Assembly (NCBI GenBank): GCA_964016885.1
Contig: OZ024746.1
Coordinates: 2,666,001 to 2,730,000 of the forward strand
From: Eledone cirrhosa
Lineage: Eukaryota
Length of the DNA stretch: 64,000 bases
Direction: 5' to 3'
In this document: one piece after another, positions 1 through 11,468 of the stretch
Numbering within the stretch: position 1 is the stretch's first letter
Layout: each line of letters opens with the position of its first letter
Notes under the pieces: generated by a model
The model's input: the letters and a program-made list of their open reading frames with translations, nothing else
Told to the model about the DNA's origin: nothing
Database searches by the model: none
Made by a program: the position numbers and the translations under genes

Positions 1-105
1 GGTAGCTACCCTCCCTTACGTCTCTCATGGAAGCTACCCTCCCTTACGTCTCTCATGGTAGCTACCCTCCCTTACATCTCTCATGGTAGCTACCCTTCCT
101 TATGT
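1..105. repeat. 28-bp minisatellite (GGTAGCTACCCTCCCTTACRTCTCTCAT), tail of an array that extends beyond the window start
   Basis: Tandem units read directly; same unit as the 10613-11468 array. Confidence 0.95.
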
Positions 106-856
106 CATGGTGAAATGTAGCTTCTCTACTATAATGAATGCAACTGACCAGGTCCAAAGTGCAGTAAACATGACTCAGCTAAGAGAACAATAACTCTGAT
201 ATAGGATTAAAGGAAGATCTTTAGTTTTGCTGCAGAACACATTTCTAGTGCTAGTGGCATGATTAGATATATCCAATCCATGCTGTAGAATTGATGGGAA
301 TGGCATCTAGCTGTATACACCATGTTTTCAAAGGCAGGAAGAAATGGAGTTAATGTGAACTCCACAAGCTGCAGTGCTTGCAACTCATCCCAGAGAATAG
401 TAACTCTGAATAAAAACTGAAGCAAGATAGAGAGGAACGTTTTAAGCATGCTGCATCAACCACTCTAATACTGGTGACACAAAGAAATACCATGATGTAA
501 AGTGGTTTGTAATAAAGGCATCCAGCCATTAAAACGATGACAAAAACATATCTTTTGCAGCATGGTGATATTTTCTGCTGTAGTATGACCTAGATAATAA
601 AGTAAGAATAGAAGTCAGTGAGTTTGTAGAGAATGGTAGTGAAGGTGCAGTGGCAGTTGTCAATAGAGATATTGAGAAAGTGGACAGAAGAGATGGAGAA
701 AGGAAATAAATATGCAGGATGAAAAGAGCAGATAAACGATAGGAAAAAGTTAAGTTGTTCATGAAAGACATGATACAATTATCTATGTAGCTATTATATA
801 GATTTGAGAAAGGTTCAGTGTATTGGGGGAAGACTTGGGCTTCAATGTAGCTGATT

Positions 857-1540
857 AACATGTCTAGTTGGGTCCCATTCTGTTCCCTGTGGTTCCCTAG
901 TAACCTGTTGATCAACATGTCTAGTTGGGTCCCATTCTGTTCCCTGTGGTTCCCTAGTAACCTGTTGATCAACATGTCTAGTTGGGTCCCATTCTGTTCC
1001 CTATGGTTCCCTAGTAACCTGTTGATCAACATGTCTAGTTGGGCCCCATTCTGTTCCCTGTGGTTCCCTAGTAACCTGTTGATCAACGTGTCTAGTGTTG
1101 GGTCCCATTCTGTTCCCTGTGGGTCCCTAGTAACCTGTTGATCAACATGTCTAGTTGGGTCCCATTCTGTTCCCTGTGGTTCCCTAGTAACTTGTTGATC
1201 AACGTGTCTAGTGTTGGGTCCCATTCTGTTCCCTGTGGTTCCCTAGTAACCTGTTGATCAACATGTCTAGTTGGGTCCCATTCTGTTCCCTGTGGTTCCC
1301 TAGTAACCTGTTGATCAACATGTCTAGTTGGGTCCCATTCTGTTCCCTATGGTTCCCTAGTAACCTGTTGATCAACATGTCTAGTTGGGTCCCATTCTGT
1401 TCCCTGTGGTTCCCTAGTAACCTGTTGATCAACATGTCTAGTTGGGTCCCATTCTGTTCCCTATGGTTCCCTAGTAACCTGTTGATCAACATGTCTAGTT
1501 GGGTCCCATTCTGTTTCCTGTGGTTCCCTAGTAACCTGCT
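857..1540. repeat. 57-bp minisatellite, about 12 copies
   Basis: Unit AACATGTCTAGTTGGGTCCCATTCTGTTCCCTGTGGTTCCCTAGTAACCTGTTGATC; explains the LDMLINRLLGNHREQNGTQ ORFs. Confidence 0.95.
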
Positions 1541-1671
1541 GGTAGATCTCTGAAAAAACAAACTATATATATAAAATAGATGTAAAATGATTTAAGCTAT
1601 AATTATGTAGGTGTGTGTCTGTATATATATATATATGTATATTGTTGGTTTAAAATGGCATTGGGAAAATT

Positions 1672-2086
1672 TGAAATGCAGTCATACCAACACAGTCAAT
1701 TACTATAATTAAGAGTACCCCTGGAGACTGGGGAAAATCAGACAGGGGTACCTGCAAGAAATCTCCCAGATGTTGGGTAAGTGTTTTAACCATTACACTA
1801 AGGGGTCTCTGACCACCAATTACCCAATGTTTCTTAAATTAACTGGATATTTACACTTCTAGCTACAGGCCAATCTTTGAAAAGATGGTAATCAGTGACC
1901 AGGACCCTTAGCGTAATGGTTAAAGCACTCACCTGGCATCTGTGAGATGCAGGGTTCAATTAGTTACAGGTGTCTCTGTCCCTCTGTCCATTTTTTAAAT
2001 CTCCATGTTTACTTTATCTGATTTTTCTAAACTATTTATAGTGATTGACTTAGTATAATCATTTGTGTTGGAACGATTGCATTTCA
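1672..2086. mobile_element. Degenerate fold-back (palindromic) element with a tRNA-like segment in each arm
   Basis: TGAAATGCAGTCATACCAACACA (1672) vs TGTGTTGGAACGATTGCATTTCA (2086); inner arms TTAACCATTACACTAAGGG / CCCTTAGCGTAATGGTTAA; A-box-like 1909-1919, B-box-like 1953-1961. Confidence 0.65.
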
Positions 2087-3143
2087 CACACACACATACA
2101 CGTGTGTATATGTGTGTGTGACACACATATACACTATCTCTCTCTCTAAAAATAGGTTATCTATACATTTTGTTTTTCATTCTTTTCTCCTGATAGTTTA
2201 ATAATAAATTATTTTCTCCAGAACCCTTTATTGGTTATGCTATGCATGATTCAGAATGATTCTTTCAACTTTGAATTAAAAACAAAACAAAAAACAGCAA
2301 AACAGTGAAACCATTCTGAATATGACACCCAACTACTTCTCTACTCTCTAAACTTCAGCTGTCAAGTGTACAGCATTGGTTGGTGGTGGAGGAGGTGTAG
2401 GTGTGGTCAGCTCTCATTCAATGACATTTGAAATATATAATCTCCAGGATTTTGACAACCTGCTACCTGTCTGAATAAACAGAACTGATAAAAAGTCTTC
2501 AACACTTGTTTGTTGCATGTTTCTGGCTTGTGGCAATTTCAAGAAATGGATGACATTTCTTTAAAAAAATTTGCATAAAGCAAGAGAGTTTTATATAAAT
2601 GAGATTTTAGCAGCAATCTTTATGCGAGGAATCTCTGACAGATACTTCCTCTTAGGAAGTCTGCGGTGACATCTCTGAATAACAGTGTACAATGTGAAGC
2701 ATCTCTTATAATAGGGTGGTGGGAAGGTGTTGATCACCCGTCCACCACTTCTCTTACCCCATACTCTCGTGGTAGTTGGGTAATTGCTGTCCACATTACT
2801 CTCATCACTGAAGGAAGTTGACAACTAAAATCTCCCCAAAAGTTTTTTTTATAGTTTTTCAGTAATCAGTTGAATCTCATAAATTTTATTGAAATTGTTC
2901 TCCATTGAAGATGGCAGATGAAATGTGTCTGTGTGGGCTTTGTTTGTTTGGGTATGTGTGTGTGTTGTTTATTTTTTAATGTGGGTAATTGGTTAAAACA
3001 CACACGCACACCGCACACCGCACACACGCACACCGCACACACGCACACCGCACACCGCACACCGCACACCGCACACCACACGCACACGCACACGAATATT
3101 CTTGTTTATGGAACTGTTACTATTTCCAGTCATTAATTTAGTA

Positions 3144-3261
3144 AGGACCTCTGCAATAAATGTGTGAATCTGAGAGGGGAATATGTGGAATAAAATCATA
3201 ATGAACAGATCCTCCTGTATTTTCTTTTACCCAAAGCCAGGAACTTTTCAGCATCCCCATG
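3144..3261 (-). mobile_element. Truncated mariner-type MITE (same family as 15262-15458)
   Basis: Reverse complement of about 15265-15359; ends in TIR AAGCCAGGAACTTTTCAGCATCCCC followed by TA. Confidence 0.8.
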
Positions 3262-3311
3262 TACAGCAGTTGAGAACAGAAACTAGGGACAGTTAGGATG
3301 CTATGACTCAC

Positions 3312-6300
3312 AACCACTATCAGTATTTCTATCACTACTATCACCATTTCTATCACCACTATCACTGTTTCTATCACCATTTCTATCACTACTATCACCA
3401 TTTCTATCACTACTATCACCATTTCTATCACTACTATCACTATTTCTATCACCACTATCACCATTTCTATCACTACTATCACCATTTCTATCACTACTAT
3501 CACCATTTCTATCACTACTATCACCATTTCTATCACTACTATCACCATTTCTATCACTACTATCACCATTTCTATCACTACTATCACCATTTCTATCACT
3601 ACTATCACCATTTCTATCACTACTATCACCATTTCTATCACTACTATCACCATTTCTATCACTACTATCACCATTTCTATCACTACTATCACCGTTTCTA
3701 TCACTACTATCACCGTTTCTATCACTACTATCACCGTTTCTATCACTACTATCACCGTTTCTATCACTACTATCACCGTTTCTATCACTACTATCACCAT
3801 TTCTATCACTACTATCACCATTTCTATCACTACTATCACCATTTCTATCACTACTATCACCATTTCTATCACTACTATCACCATTTCTATCACTACTATC
3901 ACCATTATCACCATTTCTATCACCACTATCACCATTTCTACCACTACTATCACCATTTCTATCACTACTATCACCATTTCTATCACTACTATCACCATTT
4001 CTATCACTACTATCACCGTTTCTATCACTACTATCACCATTTCTATCACTACTATCACCATTTCTATCACTACTATCACCATTTCTATCACTAGTATCAC
4101 CATTTCCATCACCACTATCAATATTTATATCACTACTATCACCGTTTCTAACTCTATCACCATTTCTATCACTACTATCACCATTTCTATCACTAGTATC
4201 ACCATTTCCATCACCACTATCAATATTTATATCACTACTATCACTGTTTCTATCACTACTATCACCATTTCTATCACTACTATCACCATTTATATCACTA
4301 CTATCACCATTTATATCACTACTATCACCATTTATATCACTACTATCACCATTTCTATCACCACTTCTATCTCCACTATCACCATTTCTATCACCACTAT
4401 CACCATTTCTATCACCACTATCACCATTTCTATCACCACTATCACCATTTCTATCACCACTATCACCACTTCTATCACCATTTCTATCACTACTATCACC
4501 ATTTCTATCACTACTATCACCATTTCTATCACCACTATCACCATTTATATCACTACTATCACCATTTATATCACTACTATCGCCATTTCTATCACTAGTA
4601 TCACCATTTCTATCACCACTATCACCATTTCTATCACCACTATCACCATTTCTATCACTACTATCACCATTTCTATCACTACTATCACCATTTCTATCAC
4701 TACTATCACCATTTCTATCACTACTATCACCATTTCTATCACGACTATCACCATTTCTATCACTACTATCACCATTTCTATCACCACTTCTATCACCACT
4801 ATCACCATTTCTATCACCATTTCTATCACTACTATCACCATTTCTATCACTACTATCACCATTTCTATCACCACTTCTATCACCATTATCACCATTTCTA
4901 TCACCATTTCTATCACCACTATCACCATTTCTATCACCACTATCACCATTTCTATCACCACTATCACCATTTCTATCACTAGTATCACCATTTCTATCAC
5001 TAGTATCACCATTTCTATCACTAGTATCACCATTTCTATCACTACTATCACCATTTCTATCACTACTATCACCATTTCTATCACTACTATCACCATTTCT
5101 ATCACTACTATCACCATTTCTATCACCACTATCACCATTTCTATCACCACTATCACCATTTCTACCACTACTATCACCATTTCTACCACTACTATCACCA
5201 TTTCTATCACCACTATCACCATTTCTATCACCACTATCACCATTTCTATCACCACTATCACCATTTCTATCATTACTATCACCATTTCTATCATTACTAT
5301 CACCATTTCTATCATTACTATCACCATTTCTATCATTACTATCACCATTTCTATCACTACTATCACCATTTCTATCACTACTATCACCATTTCTATCACT
5401 ACTATCACCATTTCTATCACTACTATCACCATTTCTATCACTACTATCACCACTTCTATCGCCACTATCACCACTTCTATCGCCACTATCACCACTTCTA
5501 TCGCCACTATCACCACTTCTATCGCCACTATCACCATTTTTATCGCCACTATCACCATTTTTATCGCCACTATCACCATTTCTATCACTAGTATCACCAT
5601 TTCTATCACTAGTATCACCATTTCTATCACTAGTATCACCATTTCTATCACTACTATCACCATTTCTATCACTACTATCACCATTTCTATCACTACTATC
5701 ACCATTTCTATCACTATTATCACCATTTCTATCACTACTATCACCATTTCTATCACGAGTATCACCATTTCTATCACTAGTATCACCATTTCTATCACTA
5801 GTATCACCATTTCTATCACTAGTATCACCATTTCTATCACTACTATCACCATTTCTATCACCACTATCACCATTTCTATCACCACTATCACCATTTCTAT
5901 CACCACTATCACCATTTCTATCACTACTATCACCATTTCTATCACCACTATCACCATTTCTATCACCACTATCACCATTTCTATCACCACTATCACCATT
6001 TCTATCACTAGTATCACCATTTCGATCACTACTATCACCATTTCTATCACTACTATCACCATTTCTATCACCACTATCACCATTTCTATCACCACTATCA
6101 CCATTTCTACCACTACTATCACCATTTCTACCACTACTATCACCATTTCTATCACCACTATCACCATTTCTATCACCACTATCACCATTTCTATCACCAC
6201 TATCACCATTTCTATCACCACTATCACCATTTCTATCACCACTATCACCATTTCTATCACCACTATCACCATTTCTATCACCAGTATCACCATTTCTATC

Positions 6301-7092
6301 ACTAGTATCACCATTTCTATCACTACTATCACCATTTCTATCACTATCACCATTTCTATCACTATCACCATTTCTATCACTACTATCACCATTTCTATCA
6401 CTACTATCACCATTTCTATCACCACTATCACCATTTCTATCACCACTATCACCATTTCTATCACCACTATCACCATTTCTATCACCACTATCACCATTTC
6501 TATCACCACTATCACCATTTCTATCACCACTATCACCATTTCTATCACTACTATCACCATTTCTATCACTACTATCACCATTTCTATCACTACTATCACC
6601 ATTTCTATCACTAGTATCACCATTTCTATCACTACTATCACCATTTCTATCACTACTATCACCATTTCTATCACTACTATCACCATTTCTATCACTAGTA
6701 TCACCATTTCTATCACTAGTATCACCATTTCTATCACTACTATCACCATTTCTATCACTACTATCACCATTTCTATCACTACTATCACCATTTCTATCAC
6801 TACTATCACCATTTCTATCACTACTATCACCATTTCTATCACTACTATCACCATTTCTATCACTACTATCACCATTTCTATCACCACTATCACCATTTCT
6901 ATCACTACTATCACCATTTCTATCACTACTATCACCATTTCTATCACTACTATCACCATTTCTATCACTACTATCACCATTTCTATCACTACTATCACCA
7001 TTTCTATCACTACTATCACCATTTCTATCACTACTATCACCATTTCTATCACTACTATCACCATTTCTATCACTACTATCACCATTTCTATC
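3312..7092. repeat. About 3.8-kb 21-bp minisatellite (CACTACTATCACCATTTCTAT)n
   Basis: Tandem unit read directly, with blocks of shared variants; source of the VIEMVIV and HYYHHFY ORFs. Confidence 0.97.
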
Positions 7093-7204
7093 ATTGCCAC
7101 TGCTACTATCTTTATATCCATCATAATTATACCTTTAACAATCTCCCTATCACCAGTACCATCCAGCCATCCACTGTAGGCTCTCTTACTTGCTACCTCC
7201 TTTA

Positions 7205-7330
7205 CCATCCCCTACACCCAAACTCCCACTCGTATCATCCCCTACACCCAAACTCCCACTCATACTATCCCCTACACCCAAACTCCCACTCGTACCATCC
7301 CCTACACCCAAACTCCCACTCGTACCATCA
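7205..7330. repeat. 30-bp minisatellite, about 4 copies
   Basis: CCATCCCCTACACCCAAACTCCCACTCGTA repeated. Confidence 0.9.
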
Positions 7331-7371
7331 CCACTAACCACAACAACAATCACTAATGATATATTGCCAAC

Positions 7372-7581
7372 AACCCCAGCCATCAACCCCAGCCATCAAC
7401 CCCAGCCACCGACCCCGGCCATCAACCCCAGCCATCGACCCCAGCCACCGACCCCAGCCATCATCCCCAGCCATCGACCCCAGCCACCGACCCCAGCCAT
7501 CGACCCCGGCCACCAACCCCAGCCACCAACCCCGGCCATCGACCCCGGCCATCAACCCCAGCCACCGACCCCAGCCATCAT
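7372..7581. repeat. 13-bp minisatellite with 39-bp higher-order period
   Basis: ACCCCAGCCATCA / ACCCCAGCCACCG units; gives the TPAINPSHQPQPP repeat in the ORF track. Confidence 0.9.
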
Positions 7582-8403
7582 CACTATCCAAAGTATATTT
7601 TATATGAAGGTTCCAGTTAAAGGTTACATCTGAAAGATCAGATATTCACCCCTCTCTCTTTATTTCTCATTTTCATTGCCTTTTGTTTCTGCTTCCACAA
7701 AGTTTTTATTGGCTTTGCTGTAAATTTTTATTAAAACATGGCTTACTTTGGAGAAAACCTCATAAATATGAAACCCTTGAGAATCAATAGAATAGCATAT
7801 TCACACACACACACACATGCATAGACATAAACACACACACACATAAACACATGCACACACACAGACATACATAGTCATACACAGACATACACACCCCCAG
7901 ATACACACACCCACCCACCCATACATACAGACATACACACACATACATACACAGACACTCAGTTTTTTTACCACCTTTCACACTTATACAAAATCACTAA
8001 TGTAATCTTATCCTTAGATACTCTTGCACACTTTAAAGCATGTGTACACACACACAGTGATGCATGCATATGCACACACATAGACAAATATACATACTAA
8101 TTGATACAGACACAACTACATAGCTGGTTATCACTCACCTGAGGTCAGGCTCAATGTATAAAACTCATATTTTGCCTTCATAATTTTAGTGAAATGCTCT
8201 GAGGCTGTCCTGTTATTAAAAGGTGATTTATTCAGTGAGTGGCAGGGAGAGGAATGAGAGAGAAATACTACATATTTTGCCAACTGTTTAAAAACCATGG
8301 ATGGCTTTATTTCTGGCATTTAATCATTTTCCAATACACCACATGTGTGCTGGCTGGCTCTCCTCCTGTCACACTGTGTTTGTCTGTGTGTGTATGTATG
8401 TAT

Positions 8404-8455
<52 letters not shown>

Positions 8456-9099
8456 CACACTCGCACACACATTATATATATATAATCAAACTTCAGTTTC
8501 AGCTAGATATCTGTCCATATTGGTTGACTGAGTTAAAAACCACTTCAATAATATACACTAAATACTCTTCCTATGCGACTGATTTGACATTGTTTATCTA
8601 GAATTCTCTAATATAATTAATAAATATTAGTTGTGTGTGTGTTCATTTTATATCAATGGGTTGATGACAGAAATGGTGCATTTTGTTATTTTAGAGTTTA
8701 ACTCCAGCTTTGTCTTATACCTTTCTGAGGTTAACAAAATATTAACAGTACTGTATCAAACTGCATTAACAGGACATTCTTTAAAAATATAAAATACCAC
8801 TATGACTACATCACATTAAAAATTAGTCTTTATTTTAGTTTACTGCAAAGTTTCTCAATATGAGCCTTCTGAATTAATAAAGCTGTTTTTAGATATTTTC
8901 TGCTAAATCATTAGAGAAGGTAAAGAGATGATTAGAAGCAAGCTAAGTTGTACCATGTTCCAGTTACTATTATATCAACAATTAGGTCTCTCTCATATAT
9001 CATGTAACATCTTGGTCAAATCCTATCATTCAATTATTGATCTATAGCCATACTGTCCATTTTGAGTCGGTCATTTTAACTTGTTAGATAAGGTATTTG

Positions 9100-9290
9100 T
9101 CTGTTATTTTAGCTCCAAATGAACCCCGATTGAGCAGATATCTGATCAAAGCCATTCCACTCATGACTCTCCAATCTGTTTTAAATGTATCTAACACTAC
9201 ACTATTTAATTTTATTTCCTTTTTAAGATGTGGTTGATTGGAGAGAGAATTAGCTGTTATTTCTAGCAAGTTAAATTACCATAAACAGGT
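9100..9290 (-). mobile_element. Interspersed SINE-like family D fragment (related copies about 17060-17180, 18590-18785, 18910-19075, 24430-24640, 39600-39715, 49270-49500)
   Basis: Shared degenerate motifs (CTGCTAGAAATAGCAGCCAAAT-like; GATCAAAG.CATTCCA.CCATGAC-like) across dispersed copies. Confidence 0.55.
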
Positions 9291-10143
9291 TGTCTGCTGT
9301 ATTAATTGGTTATACAAATTACATGATATTGTTGGTTCATTTTTTAGTTTTAGTAGTTGTTTTCACCATGGATTGTATAAAATTCTAAGCAAATATGCTT
9401 TTTCTTAATTAAAAAAAAAAATTAATTTCTTTTCACGTTTGTATTAGTTTATAAAAAAAGTGTAACCCCCAAACATCTATACGTGGGATTGGTGTTTTAT
9501 AGCTAAATTTCCTTTTATACCGTTAACTCAACCATGAAATGATAACCACCTCTCTATTACAGCTAGGTTACTTGAAATAAAGTAATAGTGTCAAAAATGT
9601 AAGAGTTAGTTTCAAGCCAGCATCAATATCAGCAACATCTCCATTATTTTGCTATGTTTATAATAATAATATTGCTTCTGTTATGATACTCCTGAATTAA
9701 CAAATGCATACATCAACAAGTTGAAAAACAGAAGAAATATATATATAGAGGCAAGCATAGCGAGTTACTTAGCAACTGTATGGTCTGATTCAATTCTATA
9801 GTATGGTACCTTGGGTAGATATTTTTTTACTATACCCTTGCATTTACCAATAACTAGCAAGTGAAGATTGGTAGCTATAAAACTGAGAAGCCAATTGCAT
9901 AAGTGCATGCATGTGTGTACATGTATGTGCATGTACACACTCACACTCACACTCACTCACACACACTCGCTCGCACGCACGCACGCACGCATGCGAGCGC
10001 GCGCGCGCTCAAGGTCTTCTCAAACCTTTTCCAACAATCACATTTTTGTTATCTTGGATATAGGAGGCATTAAAAAGGCTTTTAGACAAAACTGGCAATT
10101 ACCAGGGAAAGCAGTGTACAAAGTTTACATTATTTAGAATTGC

Positions 10144-10246
10144 ACAGTCCTATGCGAGCAAGACAATCACTCTTGCCTCAAGTGGGACTACCCCCGTCCA
10201 AACCCATGCAAGCGTGGAACACGGACGTTAAACGTTGATGATGATG
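10144..10246 (+). mobile_element. RTE 3' tail fragment ending in (GAT)n
   Basis: ACAGTCCTATGCGAGCAAGAC...CCCATGCAAGCGTGGAACACGGACGTTAAAC-GATGATG; near-identical to 58140-58243. Confidence 0.8.
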
Positions 10247-10612
10247 TACAGTCCATGAACAAATCGTAATCCTAGTTTTCAAAGCTTGAATTGAAACAGT
10301 TGAGTTCTATAGAAGTGGTGCTGCCAGAACAATGGCAGAAACTAACCAAAGAAATGCTGGACATTGCTCTCTTTTATGAATTGTTCTTGCTCGGTTTCTT
10401 GAAAAAATAATGAACAGCTGATTACAAGTGTAAACTATTTCTGTTGGTGTTCCCAATTGAGAATATTATTGATTCAGTTCAATGTTTTCAGTTCTTTGAT
10501 CAATATTTAGGTGCAATTGATTACATGTGTATAGAGTTTCCTTCTGCTTACATAGCAGAGATAGCTGTACATCCCTAGTGCCTTTGGCTGACACGGATAG
10601 TTCTTGTAGCAC

Positions 10613-11468
10613 CTACCCTCCCTTACATCTCTCATGGTAGCTACCCTCCCTTACATCTCTCATGGAAGCTACCCTCCCTTACATCTCTCATGGTAGCTAC
10701 CCTCCCTTACATCTCTCATGGTAGCTACCCTCCCTTACATCTCTCATGGTAGCTACCCTCCCTTACATCTCTCATGGTAGCTACCCTCCCTTACATCTCT
10801 CATGGTAGCTACCCTCCCTTACATCTCTCATGGTAGCTACCCTCCCTTACATCTCTCATGGTAGCTACCCTCCCTTACATCTCTCATGGAAGCTACCCTC
10901 CCTTACATCTCTCATGGTAGCTACCCTCCCTTACATCTCTCATGGTAGCTACCCTCCCTTACATCTCTCATGGTAGCTACCCTCCCTTACATCTCTTATG
11001 GTAGCTACCCTCCCTTATGTCTCTCATGGTAGCTACCCTCCCTTACATCTCTTATGGTAGCTACCCTCCCTTATGTCTCTCATGGTAGCTACCCTCCCTT
11101 ACATCTCTCATGGTAGCTACCCTCCCTTACATCTCTCATGGTAGCTACCCTCCCTTACATCTCTCATGGTAGCTACCCTCCCTTGCATCTCTCATGGTAG
11201 CTACCCTCCCTTACGTCTCTCATGGTAGCTACCCTCCCTTGCGTCTCTCGTGGTAGCTACCCTCCCTTACGTCTCTCATGGTAGCTACCCTCCCTTACGT
11301 CTCTCATGGTAGCTACCCTCCCTTACGTCTCTCATGGTAGCTACCCTCCCTTACGTCTCTCATGGTAGCTACCCTCCCTTACGTCTCTCATGGAAGCTAC
11401 CCTCCCTTACGTCTCTCATGGTAGCTACCCTCCCTTACATCTCTCATGGTAGCTACCCTTCCTTATGT
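10613..11468. repeat. 28-bp minisatellite, about 30 copies
   Basis: Tandem GGTAGCTACCCTCCCTTACATCTCTCAT with a polar shift to the ACGT variant at the 3' end. Confidence 0.97.

Larger units (their letters stand above)
1..3143 (+). repeat. Segmental duplication, copy 1 (matches 11364-14506, offset 11363)
   Basis: Identical ORF translations at a constant offset (207/11570, 529/11892, 2591/13954); copies diverge right after TTAATTTAGTA (3143/14506). Confidence 0.95.

Noticed and set aside
320-540. RNGVNVNSTSCSAC peptide and AAGGCATCCAGCC motif suggesting an RTE relic
   Set aside because: Too short and degenerate to delimit reliably.
857-1540. CRISPR-like appearance of the 57-bp, 28-bp and 41-bp arrays
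   Set aside because: Units are contiguous with no unique spacers, there are no cas genes, and the context is eukaryotic.
529-1561. 231-aa, 117-aa and related ORFs (also duplicated at 11892-12924)
   Set aside because: Driven by the 57-bp minisatellite; the unique portion has no recognisable homology.
1900-1965. Possible tRNA gene
   Set aside because: A- and B-box-like motifs are present, but no acceptor stem or complete cloverleaf; the same applies to the SINE heads.
4566-7208. 880-aa ORF (VIEMVIV)n and the neighbouring 327-aa and 263-aa ORFs
   Set aside because: Translations of a 21-bp tandem repeat that lacks stops in several frames; no domain, codon or splice evidence.
10290-10440. VLPEQWQKLTKEML resembling a Tc1 transposase C-terminus
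   Set aside because: No catalytic motif or TIR found; similarity is marginal.
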